From Chloroflexota bacterium (GTDB lineage: Bacteria > Chloroflexota > Anaerolineae > JAAYEA01), in the NCBI GenBank assembly GCA_019873665.1, contig JAIOAV010000007.1, positions 9,840 through 73,839 on the forward strand: 64,000 nucleotides of DNA, read 5' to 3'. Under the pieces are notes generated by a model. It was not told the origin of the DNA, did no database searches, and was given only the letters and a program-made list of their open reading frames with translations. This document shows positions 52,953 to 61,795 of this stretch, one piece after another (within the stretch, counting starts at the first letter, position 1; each line of letters begins with the position of its first letter). A program made the translations under genes and the position numbers.

Positions 52953-54848
52953 ATGTCTGAGCAGAAACCAGAGATACAGATCAAGGGGTACACTGGCAAG
53001 ATCCTGAAGGTTGATCTCACCACTGGCGCGATGGAGGTGGAGACACCATTGCCCGATTTCTACCGGCGTTATCTTGGCGGCAACGGCTTTATTGCCTACT
53101 ATTTGCTGAAAGAGGTTCCCAAAGGTGCCGACCCACTCGGCCCGGAGAACCGCCTGGTCATCGCCGGCGGCACGCTTACCGGCGTGCCGGTGGCTGGCGC
53201 GGGGCGCAATCACGTCGGGGCCAAGTCGCCGCTCACCGGTGGCTACGGCGAGGCGGATGTGGGAGGCTTTTTCGGCGCAGAGCTGCGACGCGCGGGGTTC
53301 GATGCCGTCGTCATCAGAGGCGAAGCGGCCAAGCCGGTCTATCTCTGGATCCACGACGGCCAGGCGGAGATCAAACCCGCCGATCATCTGTGGGGCACGG
53401 CGACCGCTGCCTGCTACGCGGCGATCCGCGAAGAGCTGGGAGAGAGGCGCGCTCGCATGGCGCTGATCGGCCCAGGCGGGGAAAAGATGGTGCGCTTTGC
53501 CTGCGTGATCAATGACCTGAAACACGCGGCGGGCCGCACCGGCCTCGGCGCTGTGATGGGCGCGAAAAAGCTCAAAGCTGTCGTGGCGCTGGGTCGCGAG
53601 GCGGTGCCCGTCGCCAACGCCGACAAGGTCAAAGAGCTGGCTGCTTGGTATCGCGATCACTGGCGCGAGAAACAGGAGCGGATGCACGATCTGGGCACGC
53701 CCGGTGGCATCATGGACTTGAACACGACCGGCGCACTGCCCACGCGCAACTTTCAGGATGGGCAGTTCGAAGGCGCGGAGAAGATCAGCGGCGAGAGCTT
53801 GCGCGACACCATCACGATCGATCGCGGCGGCTGCTTTGCCTGCCCGGTGCGTTGCAAGCGCGTGGTCAAAGTAAATGACGCGGACTATCAGGTGGACCCT
53901 GAGTATGGTGGGCCTGAATACGAGACGATTGGCGCTTTCGGCTCCAACTGCGGCGTGGACGATCTGCGCGCCATCGCCAAGGCAAACGAGATCTGCAACG
54001 CCTCCGGTCTGGATACGATCGCGACAGGCATGGCGGTGTCCTTTGCCATGGAGTGTTTCGAGAATGGGCTGCTGACGCTGCAGGATACGGGCGGCCTGGA
54101 CCTGCATTTCGGCAACGCGGCGGCCATGGTGGAGCTGACCCGTCGCCTCGCTGCGCGCGAGGGGATCGGCGACCTGCTGGCGGAAGGACCGGCGCGAGCG
54201 GCGCGCGTGATCGGCCCTGCGGCCGAGCCTTTCGTGCTGTGCGTCAAGGACCAGCCATTCCCGATGCATGAATGCCGTACCCGGCACGGTCAGGCACTGG
54301 GCTATGCGGTCTCGCCGACCGGCGCCGATCACATGCACAACTTTTGGGATGGCGGGCTTGCCAAGTCGCCGCTGGGCGAAGACCTGCAGGGGTTAGGCGT
54401 CTATGTGTCGGTGCCGCAGACCGAGCTGAACGCGGACAAGGTGCGCGCTTACACCGTCAACGTGAACAGGCGCTGGCTGGCAAATCACATCGGCCTCTGC
54501 ATGTTAATCAGCTGGTCCAACCAGCAGCTCATTGATCTGCTCGGGGCTATCACCGGCTGGCAGACCAATCTCTTTGAGCTGATGCAGACCTGCGAGCGCG
54601 GCGTAACCATGGCGCGCGCCTTCAACCTGCGCGAGGGGCTGACGCGAGCCGATGACACGCTGCCGCTGCGCATACAGCAGCCGCACAAGAGCGGCACCGT
54701 CAACGAGAAACCGGTAGACCCGGAGGTGTTGCAGGAGGCCATCACGACCTTCTACGGCATGATGGGCTGGGATCCGCAGACCGGCGTGCCCACCAGGGCT
54801 AAGCTGCAAGAGCTGGACATCGCCTGGGTTGAGGACGCGATGCGATAG
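52953..54848 (+). CDS. Aldehyde:ferredoxin oxidoreductase (AOR) family, tungsto/molybdopterin enzyme
   Basis: 631 aa. GYTGKILKVDLTTG, LGGNGF, GRNHVGAKSPLTGG, AVVIRGEA, CFACPVRCKR and GLDTI blocks are typical of AOR-family enzymes. Confidence 0.85.
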   Translation: MSEQKPEIQIKGYTGKILKVDLTTGAMEVETPLPDFYRRYLGGNGFIAYYLLKEVPKGADPLGPENRLVIAGGTLTGVPVAGAGRNHVGAKSPLTGGYGEADVGGFFGAELRRAGFDAVVIRGEAAKPVYLWIHDGQAEIKPADHLWGTATAACYAAIREELGERRARMALIGPGGEKMVRFACVINDLKHAAGRTGLGAVMGAKKLKAVVALGREAVPVANADKVKELAAWYRDHWREKQERMHDLGTPGGIMDLNTTGALPTRNFQDGQFEGAEKISGESLRDTITIDRGGCFACPVRCKRVVKVNDADYQVDPEYGGPEYETIGAFGSNCGVDDLRAIAKANEICNASGLDTIATGMAVSFAMECFENGLLTLQDTGGLDLHFGNAAAMVELTRRLAAREGIGDLLAEGPARAARVIGPAAEPFVLCVKDQPFPMHECRTRHGQALGYAVSPTGADHMHNFWDGGLAKSPLGEDLQGLGVYVSVPQTELNADKVRAYTVNVNRRWLANHIGLCMLISWSNQQLIDLLGAITGWQTNLFELMQTCERGVTMARAFNLREGLTRADDTLPLRIQQPHKSGTVNEKPVDPEVLQEAITTFYGMMGWDPQTGVPTRAKLQELDIAWVEDAMR

Positions 54849-54864
54849 ATGTGTCCCGGCATGC

Positions 54865-54892
54865 TGGACAGCACAGGTGTGTGGGCTATAAT
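54865..54892 (+). promoter_or_regulatory. Sigma-70-type promoter upstream of the Crp/Fnr regulator gene
   Basis: TGGACA-N16-TATAAT, immediately after the AOR stop. Confidence 0.45.
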
Positions 54893-54923
54893 GAACGAGG
54901 GTGGCTATAAGCTGCCCTCGTTC
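54893..54923 (+). promoter_or_regulatory. Perfect 9-bp stem-loop at the very start of the regulator leader, or terminator of the upstream operon
   Basis: GAACGAGGG-N13-CCCTCGTTC, directly abutting the -10 hexamer. Confidence 0.45.
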
Positions 54924-54951
54924 TGCATTTGATACGCGAGGTAGGTTGCAC

Positions 54952-55614
54952 GTGTCAGGGGAAAGGTCGCCATTCCAACAGATCAGGCTCCTTTGCAGGC
55001 TCGCGCCAGCGACTCTGCGCAAGCTGGACGCGGTGGCGCACATGCGCCGCTATGCCGACGGCGAGATGATCATGTGGGAGGGGGAGGAGGATGTCCCCGT
55101 GTTCTTTGTGCTGGAAGGCGCCGTCTGTGCATTTCACGTGAACTCTAATGGGCGGGAGCAGACGGTCAACCAGCTTGGGCCGGGAGACGCCTTCAACCTG
55201 CCACAGGCCTTTGCCGGCGACCACCGCGCGCCACTCAGCGCGGTGGCGGTCGGCGCGGTGCGGCTGTTGGCAATCGCCGGCGCGGATTTCCGGCGGGTGG
55301 TGATCGCCACGCCGGAGCTGGCGGCAGCCGTGTTGCAGGAGCTATCGGATCGTCTGCGCTATCTCGTGGGCCTGACGTATGACCTCAGCCTGCGCAGCGT
55401 GCGCGGGCGGCTGGCCCGCTTTCTGCTGATGCAGGCCAACTCTCCCTCGCCGGCGCGTTGGACACACGAGCAGACCGCCGCGCAAATCGGCACCGTGCGC
55501 GAGGTGGTGAGCCGTACCATGCTGGCATTCGTGAAAGAGGGGCTCGTCCGTCTGGAGCGTGGGCGGATCGTCATCGCCGATGCAGAGCGGTTGAGCCGCG
55601 AGGCCGAGAGCTAA
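54952..55614 (+). CDS. Crp/Fnr-family transcriptional regulator (HcpR-like by context)
   Basis: GTG start after GAGGTAGG (alternative GTG at 54901). cNMP-binding-type beta-roll (VFFVLEG...GPGDAFN) and C-terminal HTH TAAQIGTVREVVSRTM. Confidence 0.8.
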   Translation: MSGERSPFQQIRLLCRLAPATLRKLDAVAHMRRYADGEMIMWEGEEDVPVFFVLEGAVCAFHVNSNGREQTVNQLGPGDAFNLPQAFAGDHRAPLSAVAVGAVRLLAIAGADFRRVVIATPELAAAVLQELSDRLRYLVGLTYDLSLRSVRGRLARFLLMQANSPSPARWTHEQTAAQIGTVREVVSRTMLAFVKEGLVRLERGRIVIADAERLSREAES

Positions 55615-55620
55615 TGACTG

Positions 55621-55654
55621 GCGCCTGTTACCACGGAGGTAATGGGCGCTTTTT
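55621..55654 (+). terminator. Rho-independent terminator after the regulator gene
   Basis: GCGCCTGTTACC-acgga-GGTAATGGGCGC (12 bp including 2 G-U pairs) followed by TTTTT. Confidence 0.55.
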
Positions 55655-55696
55655 GTGACTTCAGTCACAGACGCGCGCGCACGACTGTGCTATCCT
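55653..55696 (+). promoter_or_regulatory. CRP/FNR-type palindromic operator centred ~41.5 nt upstream of the predicted start site, plus an extended -10
   Basis: TTGTGActtcagTCACAg (55653-55670) and TGcTATCCT (55688-55696). The geometry matches a class II Crp/Fnr-activated promoter. Confidence 0.6.
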
Positions 55697-55721
55697 GGTA
55701 GGTAGATCGGGAGGTGATCAC

Positions 55722-55970
55722 GTGGCAGAGTGGGTGTTACCGACGATCTACACGGATCGTTGTACAGCGTGTGCGCAATGTGTCTCGTATTGCCCGACGC
55801 ACGCCGTGGAGATGATACAGTCGCAGCCGGTCATCGTGCGGCCGGAGGACTGCGCCTATTGCGGCCTGTGCGAAGAGGTATGCCCGACCGGCGCCATCGC
55901 GCTCTCCTATGAGATCGCCCCGCTGACTTGGGAAGGAGACGAAATTGATTCGACAGATCGTGCGGATTGA
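55722..55970 (+). CDS. 2x[4Fe-4S] ferredoxin
   Basis: 82 aa. CTACAQCVSYCP and CAYCGLCEEVCP. GTG start after GGGAGGTGA. Confidence 0.8.
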   Translation: MAEWVLPTIYTDRCTACAQCVSYCPTHAVEMIQSQPVIVRPEDCAYCGLCEEVCPTGAIALSYEIAPLTWEGDEIDSTDRAD

Positions 55971-56319
55971 CGAGAGCAAGTGCAACGGCTGTGGTGCGTG
56001 CGTGACCCCTTGCGCGGAGGGTGCGATTCGGATGGTGAATGGCAAGGCGCGAGTGTTGCGGGAGGAGCTGTGCGATGGCGCGGGCTTCTGCCTGGGTATC
56101 TGTCCTACTGGCGCGCTGACCGTCGAGGCACGGGAAGCGCCTGCCTTCGATAGGCATGCCGCCGAGGCCGAGATGGCTTGGTGCGGTGCGACATACATCG
56201 CGCAGACATGTCACGTCTGCGGCGCGGGAGAAGATACCCGCGTGTTGCTCCCTTGCCGCAAGGCGGGCCAGAGCCTCTGGGTATGCACGTGCTGCCTGCC
56301 GGCGTTGATCCACGGCTAA
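55945..56319 (+). CDS. 4Fe-4S dicluster-domain protein with Cys-rich C-terminal extension
   Basis: TTG start 6 nt after GGAAGGAG, overlapping the previous gene by 26 nt. CNGCGACVTPC and CDGAGFCLGICP, plus C-terminal CHVCG...CTCC. Confidence 0.7.
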   Translation: MIRQIVRIDESKCNGCGACVTPCAEGAIRMVNGKARVLREELCDGAGFCLGICPTGALTVEAREAPAFDRHAAEAEMAWCGATYIAQTCHVCGAGEDTRVLLPCRKAGQSLWVCTCCLPALIHG

Positions 56320-56327
56320 GGAGGCGG

Positions 56328-57101
56328 ATGGTGGCAACCTCGCTTTACGATGACTTTAGCAGCGACTATGACCGCTTTGTGAACTGGCCCAGCCGTCTGG
56401 CCTATGAACTCCCTTTCATCGAGCAGCAGTTGGCCTCTGTGGGCGCGCACCGCGTGCTGGATACAGCGTGTGGCACCGGGATGCACGCCATCGCGCTGGC
56501 GCGGGCGGGCTATAATGTTACTGGCACTGACGTGAGCATCAGCATGATCGAGCGAGCGCGGCAGAACGCTGCTGCCGCGGGCGTTCAGGTTACCCTTGCC
56601 GTCGCGGGATTCGGCGACATCGCGGCCCAGGTGGGCAGTGGCTTCGACGCGGTCCTCTGTCTGGGCAACAGCCTGCCGCACGCGCTGACGCCGGCGGCGC
56701 TGGCCGCAGCGCTGGCCGATTTCCGCGCCTGCCTGCGTTCGGGCGGATTGCTGCTCATCCAGAACCGGAATTTCGACGCGGTGCTGGCGCAGCGCGAGCG
56801 TTGGATGGGCCCGCAGGCGTATCGCGAGGGGGACCGTGAATGGTTATTCATCCGCTTCTACGATTTTCACGATGATGGCCTGCTAACCTTCAACGTCATG
56901 ACGCTGCGGCGACAGGGTGACGGCGACTGGCAACAGCAGGTATCCAGCACGCAGCTCTGGCCGCAGCGGCGGGCGGAGCTGGCGCGGGCGCTGGCTGCGG
57001 TGGGGTTTGCGGACATCACCTCTTGGGGCGACATGCGGGGTGCGCCCTTTGCGGCGGCGACCAGCCCCAATCTCATTATCAGCACTCGCCGGACAGCGTG
57101 A
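56328..57101 (+). CDS. Class I SAM-dependent methyltransferase
   Basis: Start [10 protein letters not shown] after TAAGGAGG. Motif [13 protein letters not shown], then [10 protein letters not shown] and [11 protein letters not shown]. Confidence 0.8.
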   Translation: MVATSLYDDFSSDYDRFVNWPSRLAYELPFIEQQLASVGAHRVLDTACGTGMHAIALARAGYNVTGTDVSISMIERARQNAAAAGVQVTLAVAGFGDIAAQVGSGFDAVLCLGNSLPHALTPAALAAALADFRACLRSGGLLLIQNRNFDAVLAQRERWMGPQAYREGDREWLFIRFYDFHDDGLLTFNVMTLRRQGDGDWQQQVSSTQLWPQRRAELARALAAVGFADITSWGDMRGAPFAAATSPNLIISTRRTA

Positions 57102-57147
57102 TTCGTCCGGCGCAAGCGGTATCATTTTCAGGGAAAAGGAGCTAAGG

Positions 57148-58803
57148 ATGAGCATGTTTTGTTACCAGTGCCAGGAAGCGGCGCGAAACGAAGGGTGCAA
57201 GCTGCGCGGCGTGTGCGGCAAGAGTCCCGATGTCGCCGCGTTGCAGGATCTGCTGGTCTGGTTGTTGAAGGGGATCTCGTTCTATGGCGTCCCGGCGCGG
57301 GCGCAGGGCATTTCCGATCCCGAGACCGACCTTTTCGTGGCAGAGGCGCTCTTTGCCACCATTACTAACGCCAACTTTGATCCTGATCGGTTCGCGGTCC
57401 TCATCAAAGAGGCGATTGCCCGCCGCGACGCGCTGGCAGCCCGTGTCGCGTTGCCCGCCGGCACGCCACGCCCGCCCATGGCGACCTGGGCTCCCGCAGG
57501 AGGCAACGTGGATGAGCTGGTGGCGCAGGGAATGCAGGTCGGCGTGCTGGCGGATCCAGATCTGCACCCGGACATCCGCTCGTTGCGCGAGCTTGTCATC
57601 TATGGCCTCAAAGGCATGGCCGCTTACACGGATCACGCTTACGTGCTCGGTTACCGCGACGACGACATCTTGGCGTTCATGCAGGAAGCATTGCTCGCCG
57701 CGGCGGATGACACCGCGACGGCGAACGATCTGATCAAGATGGTGCTGCGCTGCGGCCAAGTGGGCGTGCGGGCGATGGCGCTCTTGGACAAGGCCAACAC
57801 CGAGACGTACGGAAATCCTGAGCCAACGCGGGTCAATATCGGCGTGCGGGAAGGCCCGGCGATCCTGGTCAGCGGGCACGATCTGCGCGACTTGGACGAG
57901 CTGCTGCAGCAGACGGCAGGCACCGGCGTCAATGTCTATACGCACGGCGAGATGCTGCCAGCGAACGCCTACCCGGCCTTTAAGAAGTACCCGCACTTTG
58001 TGGGCAATTACGGCGGCTCGTGGTGGCGTCAGCAGGACGAATTCGAGAAGTTCGGCGGCGCTATCCTGATGACCACCAACTGCATCGTGCCGCCGCGCGA
58101 CAGCTATAAGGATCGGCTCTTTACCACCGGCATGGCTGGCTGGCCCGGCGCCACGCATATTCCGGATCGCGCGCCTGGCCAGCAGAAGGATTTCAGCCCC
58201 GTCATCGCCAAGGCAAAGGCATCCGGCTCGCCGCAGTCGCTGGAAGAAGGGCAGATCCCCATCGGGTTTGCCCACGCCACCGTGCTGAGCGTGGCGGATA
58301 AGGTGGTGGACGCGATCAAGGCTGGCGCCATCAAGCGCTTTGTGGTGATGGCCGGGTGCGACGGCCGGCAAAAGTCGCGGGCATACTATACAGAGGTTGC
58401 GGCGAAACTGCCCAGAGACGCGGTGATCCTCACCGCCGGCTGCGCCAAGTACCGTTACAACAAGCTCGATCTGGGGGACATCGGCGGCATCCCCCGCGTG
58501 CTGGATGCCGGGCAATGCAACGACTCCTACTCGCTGGTCGTCATCGCGCAAAAGCTGGCAGAGGTCTTTGGCCTGGAGGATATCAACGACCTGCCGGTGT
58601 CATATGACATCGCCTGGTACGAGCAGAAGGCGGTGATCGTGCTGCTGGCGCTGCTATCGCTGGGCGTCAAGCACATCCGCCTTGGCCCCACACTCCCGGC
58701 GTTCCTCTCGCCTGGCGTGGCCAAGGTGCTGGTGGAAAACTTCGATATCAAGCCGATCGGCGAGGTGGAGGCGGACGTCGCCGCCATCATGGCCGGAAAG
58801 TAG
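57148..58803 (+). CDS. hcp: Hybrid-cluster protein (hydroxylamine reductase / NO-stress protein Hcp)
   Basis: Start [25 protein letters not shown] (N-terminal Cys cluster of Hcp) after AAGGAG. 551 aa; GHDL, NCIVPP, AGCDG, GCAKYR and [10 protein letters not shown] blocks. Confidence 0.9.
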   Translation: MSMFCYQCQEAARNEGCKLRGVCGKSPDVAALQDLLVWLLKGISFYGVPARAQGISDPETDLFVAEALFATITNANFDPDRFAVLIKEAIARRDALAARVALPAGTPRPPMATWAPAGGNVDELVAQGMQVGVLADPDLHPDIRSLRELVIYGLKGMAAYTDHAYVLGYRDDDILAFMQEALLAAADDTATANDLIKMVLRCGQVGVRAMALLDKANTETYGNPEPTRVNIGVREGPAILVSGHDLRDLDELLQQTAGTGVNVYTHGEMLPANAYPAFKKYPHFVGNYGGSWWRQQDEFEKFGGAILMTTNCIVPPRDSYKDRLFTTGMAGWPGATHIPDRAPGQQKDFSPVIAKAKASGSPQSLEEGQIPIGFAHATVLSVADKVVDAIKAGAIKRFVVMAGCDGRQKSRAYYTEVAAKLPRDAVILTAGCAKYRYNKLDLGDIGGIPRVLDAGQCNDSYSLVVIAQKLAEVFGLEDINDLPVSYDIAWYEQKAVIVLLALLSLGVKHIRLGPTLPAFLSPGVAKVLVENFDIKPIGEVEADVAAIMAGK

Positions 58804-58840
58804 GCCGGCGATAACCGGCATCATCCGGCCGTCAAGATAG

Positions 58841-58871
58841 GGACGCCGAGGGCCTGTGAGCCTCGGCGTCC
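58841..58871. terminator. 11-bp-stem hairpin between convergent hcp and SDR genes (bidirectional terminator-like)
   Basis: GGACGCCGAGG-N9-CCTCGGCGTCC. Confidence 0.5.
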
Positions 58872-58900
58872 TTGGCATCTCCGTAGTGCTTTCCGGCACC

Positions 58901-59671
58901 CTATCGCCCCAGCCAGCCGCCATCTACCGGCAGGATGGCACCGTGCACGTAATTCGCCGCCTCGGAACAGAGGAAGACGATCGCCCCCTTCAGATCGTCG
59001 GGCAAGCCCCAGCGACCCGCCGGGATACGGGCCAGGATCGCCTCGCTGCGTACCGGGTCGGCACGCAACGTCGCGGTGTTGTCGGTGGCAATATAGCCCG
59101 GCGCGATGGCATTGACGTTGACGCCCTTGCTCGCCCACTCGTTCGCCAGCGCCATCGTGAGCTGCCCCACACCACCCTTGCTGGCCGCGTAGCTGGGCAC
59201 GAGGATGCCTCCCTGAAAGGTGAGAAGAGAGGCGGTGAACACGATCTTGCCCTTGCCTCGCGCCACCATCTCCTTGCCGATCTCGCGGGCGAGGATGAAC
59301 TGCGCGGTCAGATTGACCTCGATCACCTGATCCCAGTACTCGTCCGGATGCTCGATGGCGGCCTTGCGCAGGATGGTGCCAGCGTTGTTGACCAGGATGT
59401 CAATGCGTGGAAAGTCGCGCTTGACCTGGTGGATAAAGGTGTAGAGCGCCTTGCGGTCAGCGAAATCGCAGGCATATCCCCTGAACTGGCGGCCGCGCGC
59501 CAACACGTCTTGCTCCACTTCGCTGCCGCTCGTCTCCAACGTCGCACTGACGCCGATAATATCGGCGCCCGCCTCTGCCAGCGCCTGGGCAAAGCCGCGG
59601 CCCATGCCACGACGGCAGCCGGTAACCAGCGCGATCCTGCCATCCAGCCGGAACTGATCCAGGATGCCCAT
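58901..59671 (-). CDS. kduD: 2-dehydro-3-deoxy-D-gluconate 5-dehydrogenase-like SDR (KduD-like)
   Basis: Start MGILDQFRLDGRIALVTGC after GGGAGGAG. FTASLLTFQGGILVPSYAASK, VNVNAIAPGYIATDNT, IPAGRWGLPDDL and VDGGWLGR closely follow E. coli KduD as I recall it. Confidence 0.7.
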   Translation of the reverse strand: MGILDQFRLDGRIALVTGCRRGMGRGFAQALAEAGADIIGVSATLETSGSEVEQDVLARGRQFRGYACDFADRKALYTFIHQVKRDFPRIDILVNNAGTILRKAAIEHPDEYWDQVIEVNLTAQFILAREIGKEMVARGKGKIVFTASLLTFQGGILVPSYAASKGGVGQLTMALANEWASKGVNVNAIAPGYIATDNTATLRADPVRSEAILARIPAGRWGLPDDLKGAIVFLCSEAANYVHGAILPVDGGWLGR

Positions 59672-59740
59672 GAAGCTCCTCCCTCTGCTAACTACTGATA
59701 TACGCAAACCGAAGGCGCTAATGAAGTCAACTAGGAATCG

Positions 59741-59957
59741 GATGATTGTGCACAGCTTGGACCGTTCGTGTCGTGGCGAGGGAACGAAGCGACTGTAGCG
59801 CTTGCTCCCGTGTCATGGCGAGGGCAAAGCCCGAAGCGATCTCCTGCCGCATGTCATGACGGGGTAGCAAAGCGCTGAAGCAATCCCCTCCTACGCTAGC
59901 GGGGGATTGCTTCGCTCCCTTCGGTCGCTCGCAATGAAAGGGTGGGTTGTTCAACTC
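59741..59957 (+). repeat. Interspersed repeat element, copy B (three direct plus one inverted 'gtcaYNgcgagg...gaagcRatc' units)
   Basis: Same 5' flank and 3' end as copy A. Perfect internal hairpin GAAGCAATCCCC-N12-GGGGATTGCTTC (59877-59913). Intergenic. Confidence 0.75.
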
Positions 59958-60086
59958 CTATTTGTCTTCTCCATAAGGCTCAACGGGCACGAAGGTATGA
60001 GCTGTTTGTGGCGTGCTTCGCCCTCGAGTCTCGGCGGTTTCTTTCGGCGGATGCCGCGTCTGGACCGCACGCTGCCCGGCGAGCCT

Positions 60087-61778
60087 CTACTTGAGGATAG
60101 CACCCTCCATCGCCGTGCTGACCATGCGGCGGTAGCGCTCCAGCAGCGAGCCTTTGACAAGGCGCGTGCGCGCTGGAAGCCGCCAGCGCGCACGCCGCGC
60201 CGCCAATAGCTCCGCCGGCACGTCCAGATCAACGCGCCCCGCAGGGATGTTGATGCGGATGATGTCGCCCTCCTCGACCAGCGCGATCGGCCCGCCCAGG
60301 AACGCTTCTGGCGTCACGTGGCCGATACACGCGCCCTGCGTGGCGCCAGAAAAGCGCCCGTCGGTGATCAGTGCCACGGAGCGTCCCAGTCCCATGCCGA
60401 TGATGGCCGAGGTGGGCAAGAGCTGCTCACGCATGCCGGGGCCGCCCTTGGGCCCCTCGTAGCGGATGACGACCACATCGCCGGGTCTGATCTCCCCGCC
60501 AAAGATGGCGGCCAGCGCCGCTTCCTCCTGGTCAAAGACGCGCGCCGGGCCGCTGTGCACCATCATCTCCGGCGCGACGGCGGCGCTTTTGACCACTGCG
60601 CCGTCCGGCGCCAACGTACCATGCAGGATGGCGATGCCACCCTGGGGATGGATCGGGTTCTCCGCAGAATGGATCACCTCAGGGCGACCGATCTCCCGGC
60701 CGGCGATGTTCTCCGCAACGCTCTTTGTGCTGACGGTGCGGCAGTCAGGGTGGACCAAGCCGTGTCGGTGCAACTCGTTCAGCACGGCAGGGATGCCTCC
60801 CGCCTCATATAGATCGGTGGCAAAGTAGCTGCCTGCTGGTTTGAGCAGCACCAGGTGGGGCGTGCGCGCCGCGATCTCCGCAAAGCGCTCCATGCCCAGT
60901 TCGATGCCGACTTCGTGGGCGATGGCGGGCAGATGCAGGCAGGTATTCGTGGAGCCGCCGATCGCCATATCCACGGCGATGGCGTTATCGAATGCCTCCC
61001 GCGTCATGATGTCGCGCGGCAGGATCTGCTGTCGGTATAGCTCCATGATCTGGCGTCCCGCACGCCGCGCCAGCGCTACGCGGGCGCCATGCGTCGCCGG
61101 GATCAGCGCGCCATCCGGCAGCGTCATGCCCAGCGCTTCGGTGAGCATGTTCATGGTGTTGGCGGTGCCCATCATGGCGCACGACCCGGCGCCCGGGTTT
61201 GCCGCCAGCTCAAAAGCCGCCAACGCCGCTTCGCTCATCTCTCCCCTTGCCACACGTCCCTCGGCCTCGATCAGATCGGTATAACATACGGCGCGTCCCT
61301 CATAGCAGCCGGCTTCCATCGGGCCACCTGTGACGACGATGGTGGGGATATTGAGCCGCCCCGCGGCCATTAACATGCCGGGGGTGATCTTGTCGCAATT
61401 GGTCAACAGCACCATGGCGTCCAGCGCGTGTGCTGTGATCATCACCTCGATCATGTCGGCGATCATCTCGCGGCTGATCATCGGCATCCGCATGCCAGGA
61501 TGCCCGGTGGCCAGCCCGTCGCAAATGGCGATACATGGGAACTCGAGTGGGGTACCGCCCGCCTCGGCGATGCCCAGCTTGATCGCCTGCGCCAGCGGCT
61601 GCAGGTGGATGTGGCCGGGAACCAGCTCGTTGAACGAGTTGACCACCGCCACCAGCGGCTTGCGCAGATCCTCTGCACTCCATCCCATGGCATACATCAA
61701 GGAGCGATGCGTGGCCCGATCTACCCCTTCGGTGATCAGCGAGCTGCGACGCGGCCCACGGCGCTTTTCCTCGGGCAT
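60087..61778 (-). CDS. ilvD: Dihydroxy-acid dehydratase
   Basis: Start [13 protein letters not shown] after [40 protein letters not shown] and GHVTPEA. Confidence 0.9.
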   Translation of the reverse strand: MPEEKRRGPRRSSLITEGVDRATHRSLMYAMGWSAEDLRKPLVAVVNSFNELVPGHIHLQPLAQAIKLGIAEAGGTPLEFPCIAICDGLATGHPGMRMPMISREMIADMIEVMITAHALDAMVLLTNCDKITPGMLMAAGRLNIPTIVVTGGPMEAGCYEGRAVCYTDLIEAEGRVARGEMSEAALAAFELAANPGAGSCAMMGTANTMNMLTEALGMTLPDGALIPATHGARVALARRAGRQIMELYRQQILPRDIMTREAFDNAIAVDMAIGGSTNTCLHLPAIAHEVGIELGMERFAEIAARTPHLVLLKPAGSYFATDLYEAGGIPAVLNELHRHGLVHPDCRTVSTKSVAENIAGREIGRPEVIHSAENPIHPQGGIAILHGTLAPDGAVVKSAAVAPEMMVHSGPARVFDQEEAALAAIFGGEIRPGDVVVIRYEGPKGGPGMREQLLPTSAIIGMGLGRSVALITDGRFSGATQGACIGHVTPEAFLGGPIALVEEGDIIRINIPAGRVDLDVPAELLAARRARWRLPARTRLVKGSLLERYRRMVSTAMEGAILK

Positions 61779-61795
61779 ATCTATCCTCCTGCTGG

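Noticed and set aside
52803-54338. 511-aa minus-strand ORF
   Set aside because: Antisense to the AOR gene, with a junk-like Arg/Ala/His-rich translation.
56917-57147. Upstream extensions of the hcp ORF (56917-57147) and of the methyltransferase ORF (56178-56327)
   Set aside because: They overlap the preceding genes. Hcp proteins begin at the CxxC...C cluster (MSMFCYQCQ, 57148), and the methyltransferase has a TAAGGAGG RBS before 56328.
57142-58551. 469-aa minus-strand ORF
   Set aside because: Antisense to hcp, which is unambiguous.
59727-59954. 75-aa minus-strand ORF (and the plus-strand ORF 59907-60209)
   Set aside because: They lie entirely within, or start in, repeat copy B. The peptides (HCERPKGAKQSP, EIASGFALAMT) are the usual artefactual translations of this repeat type.
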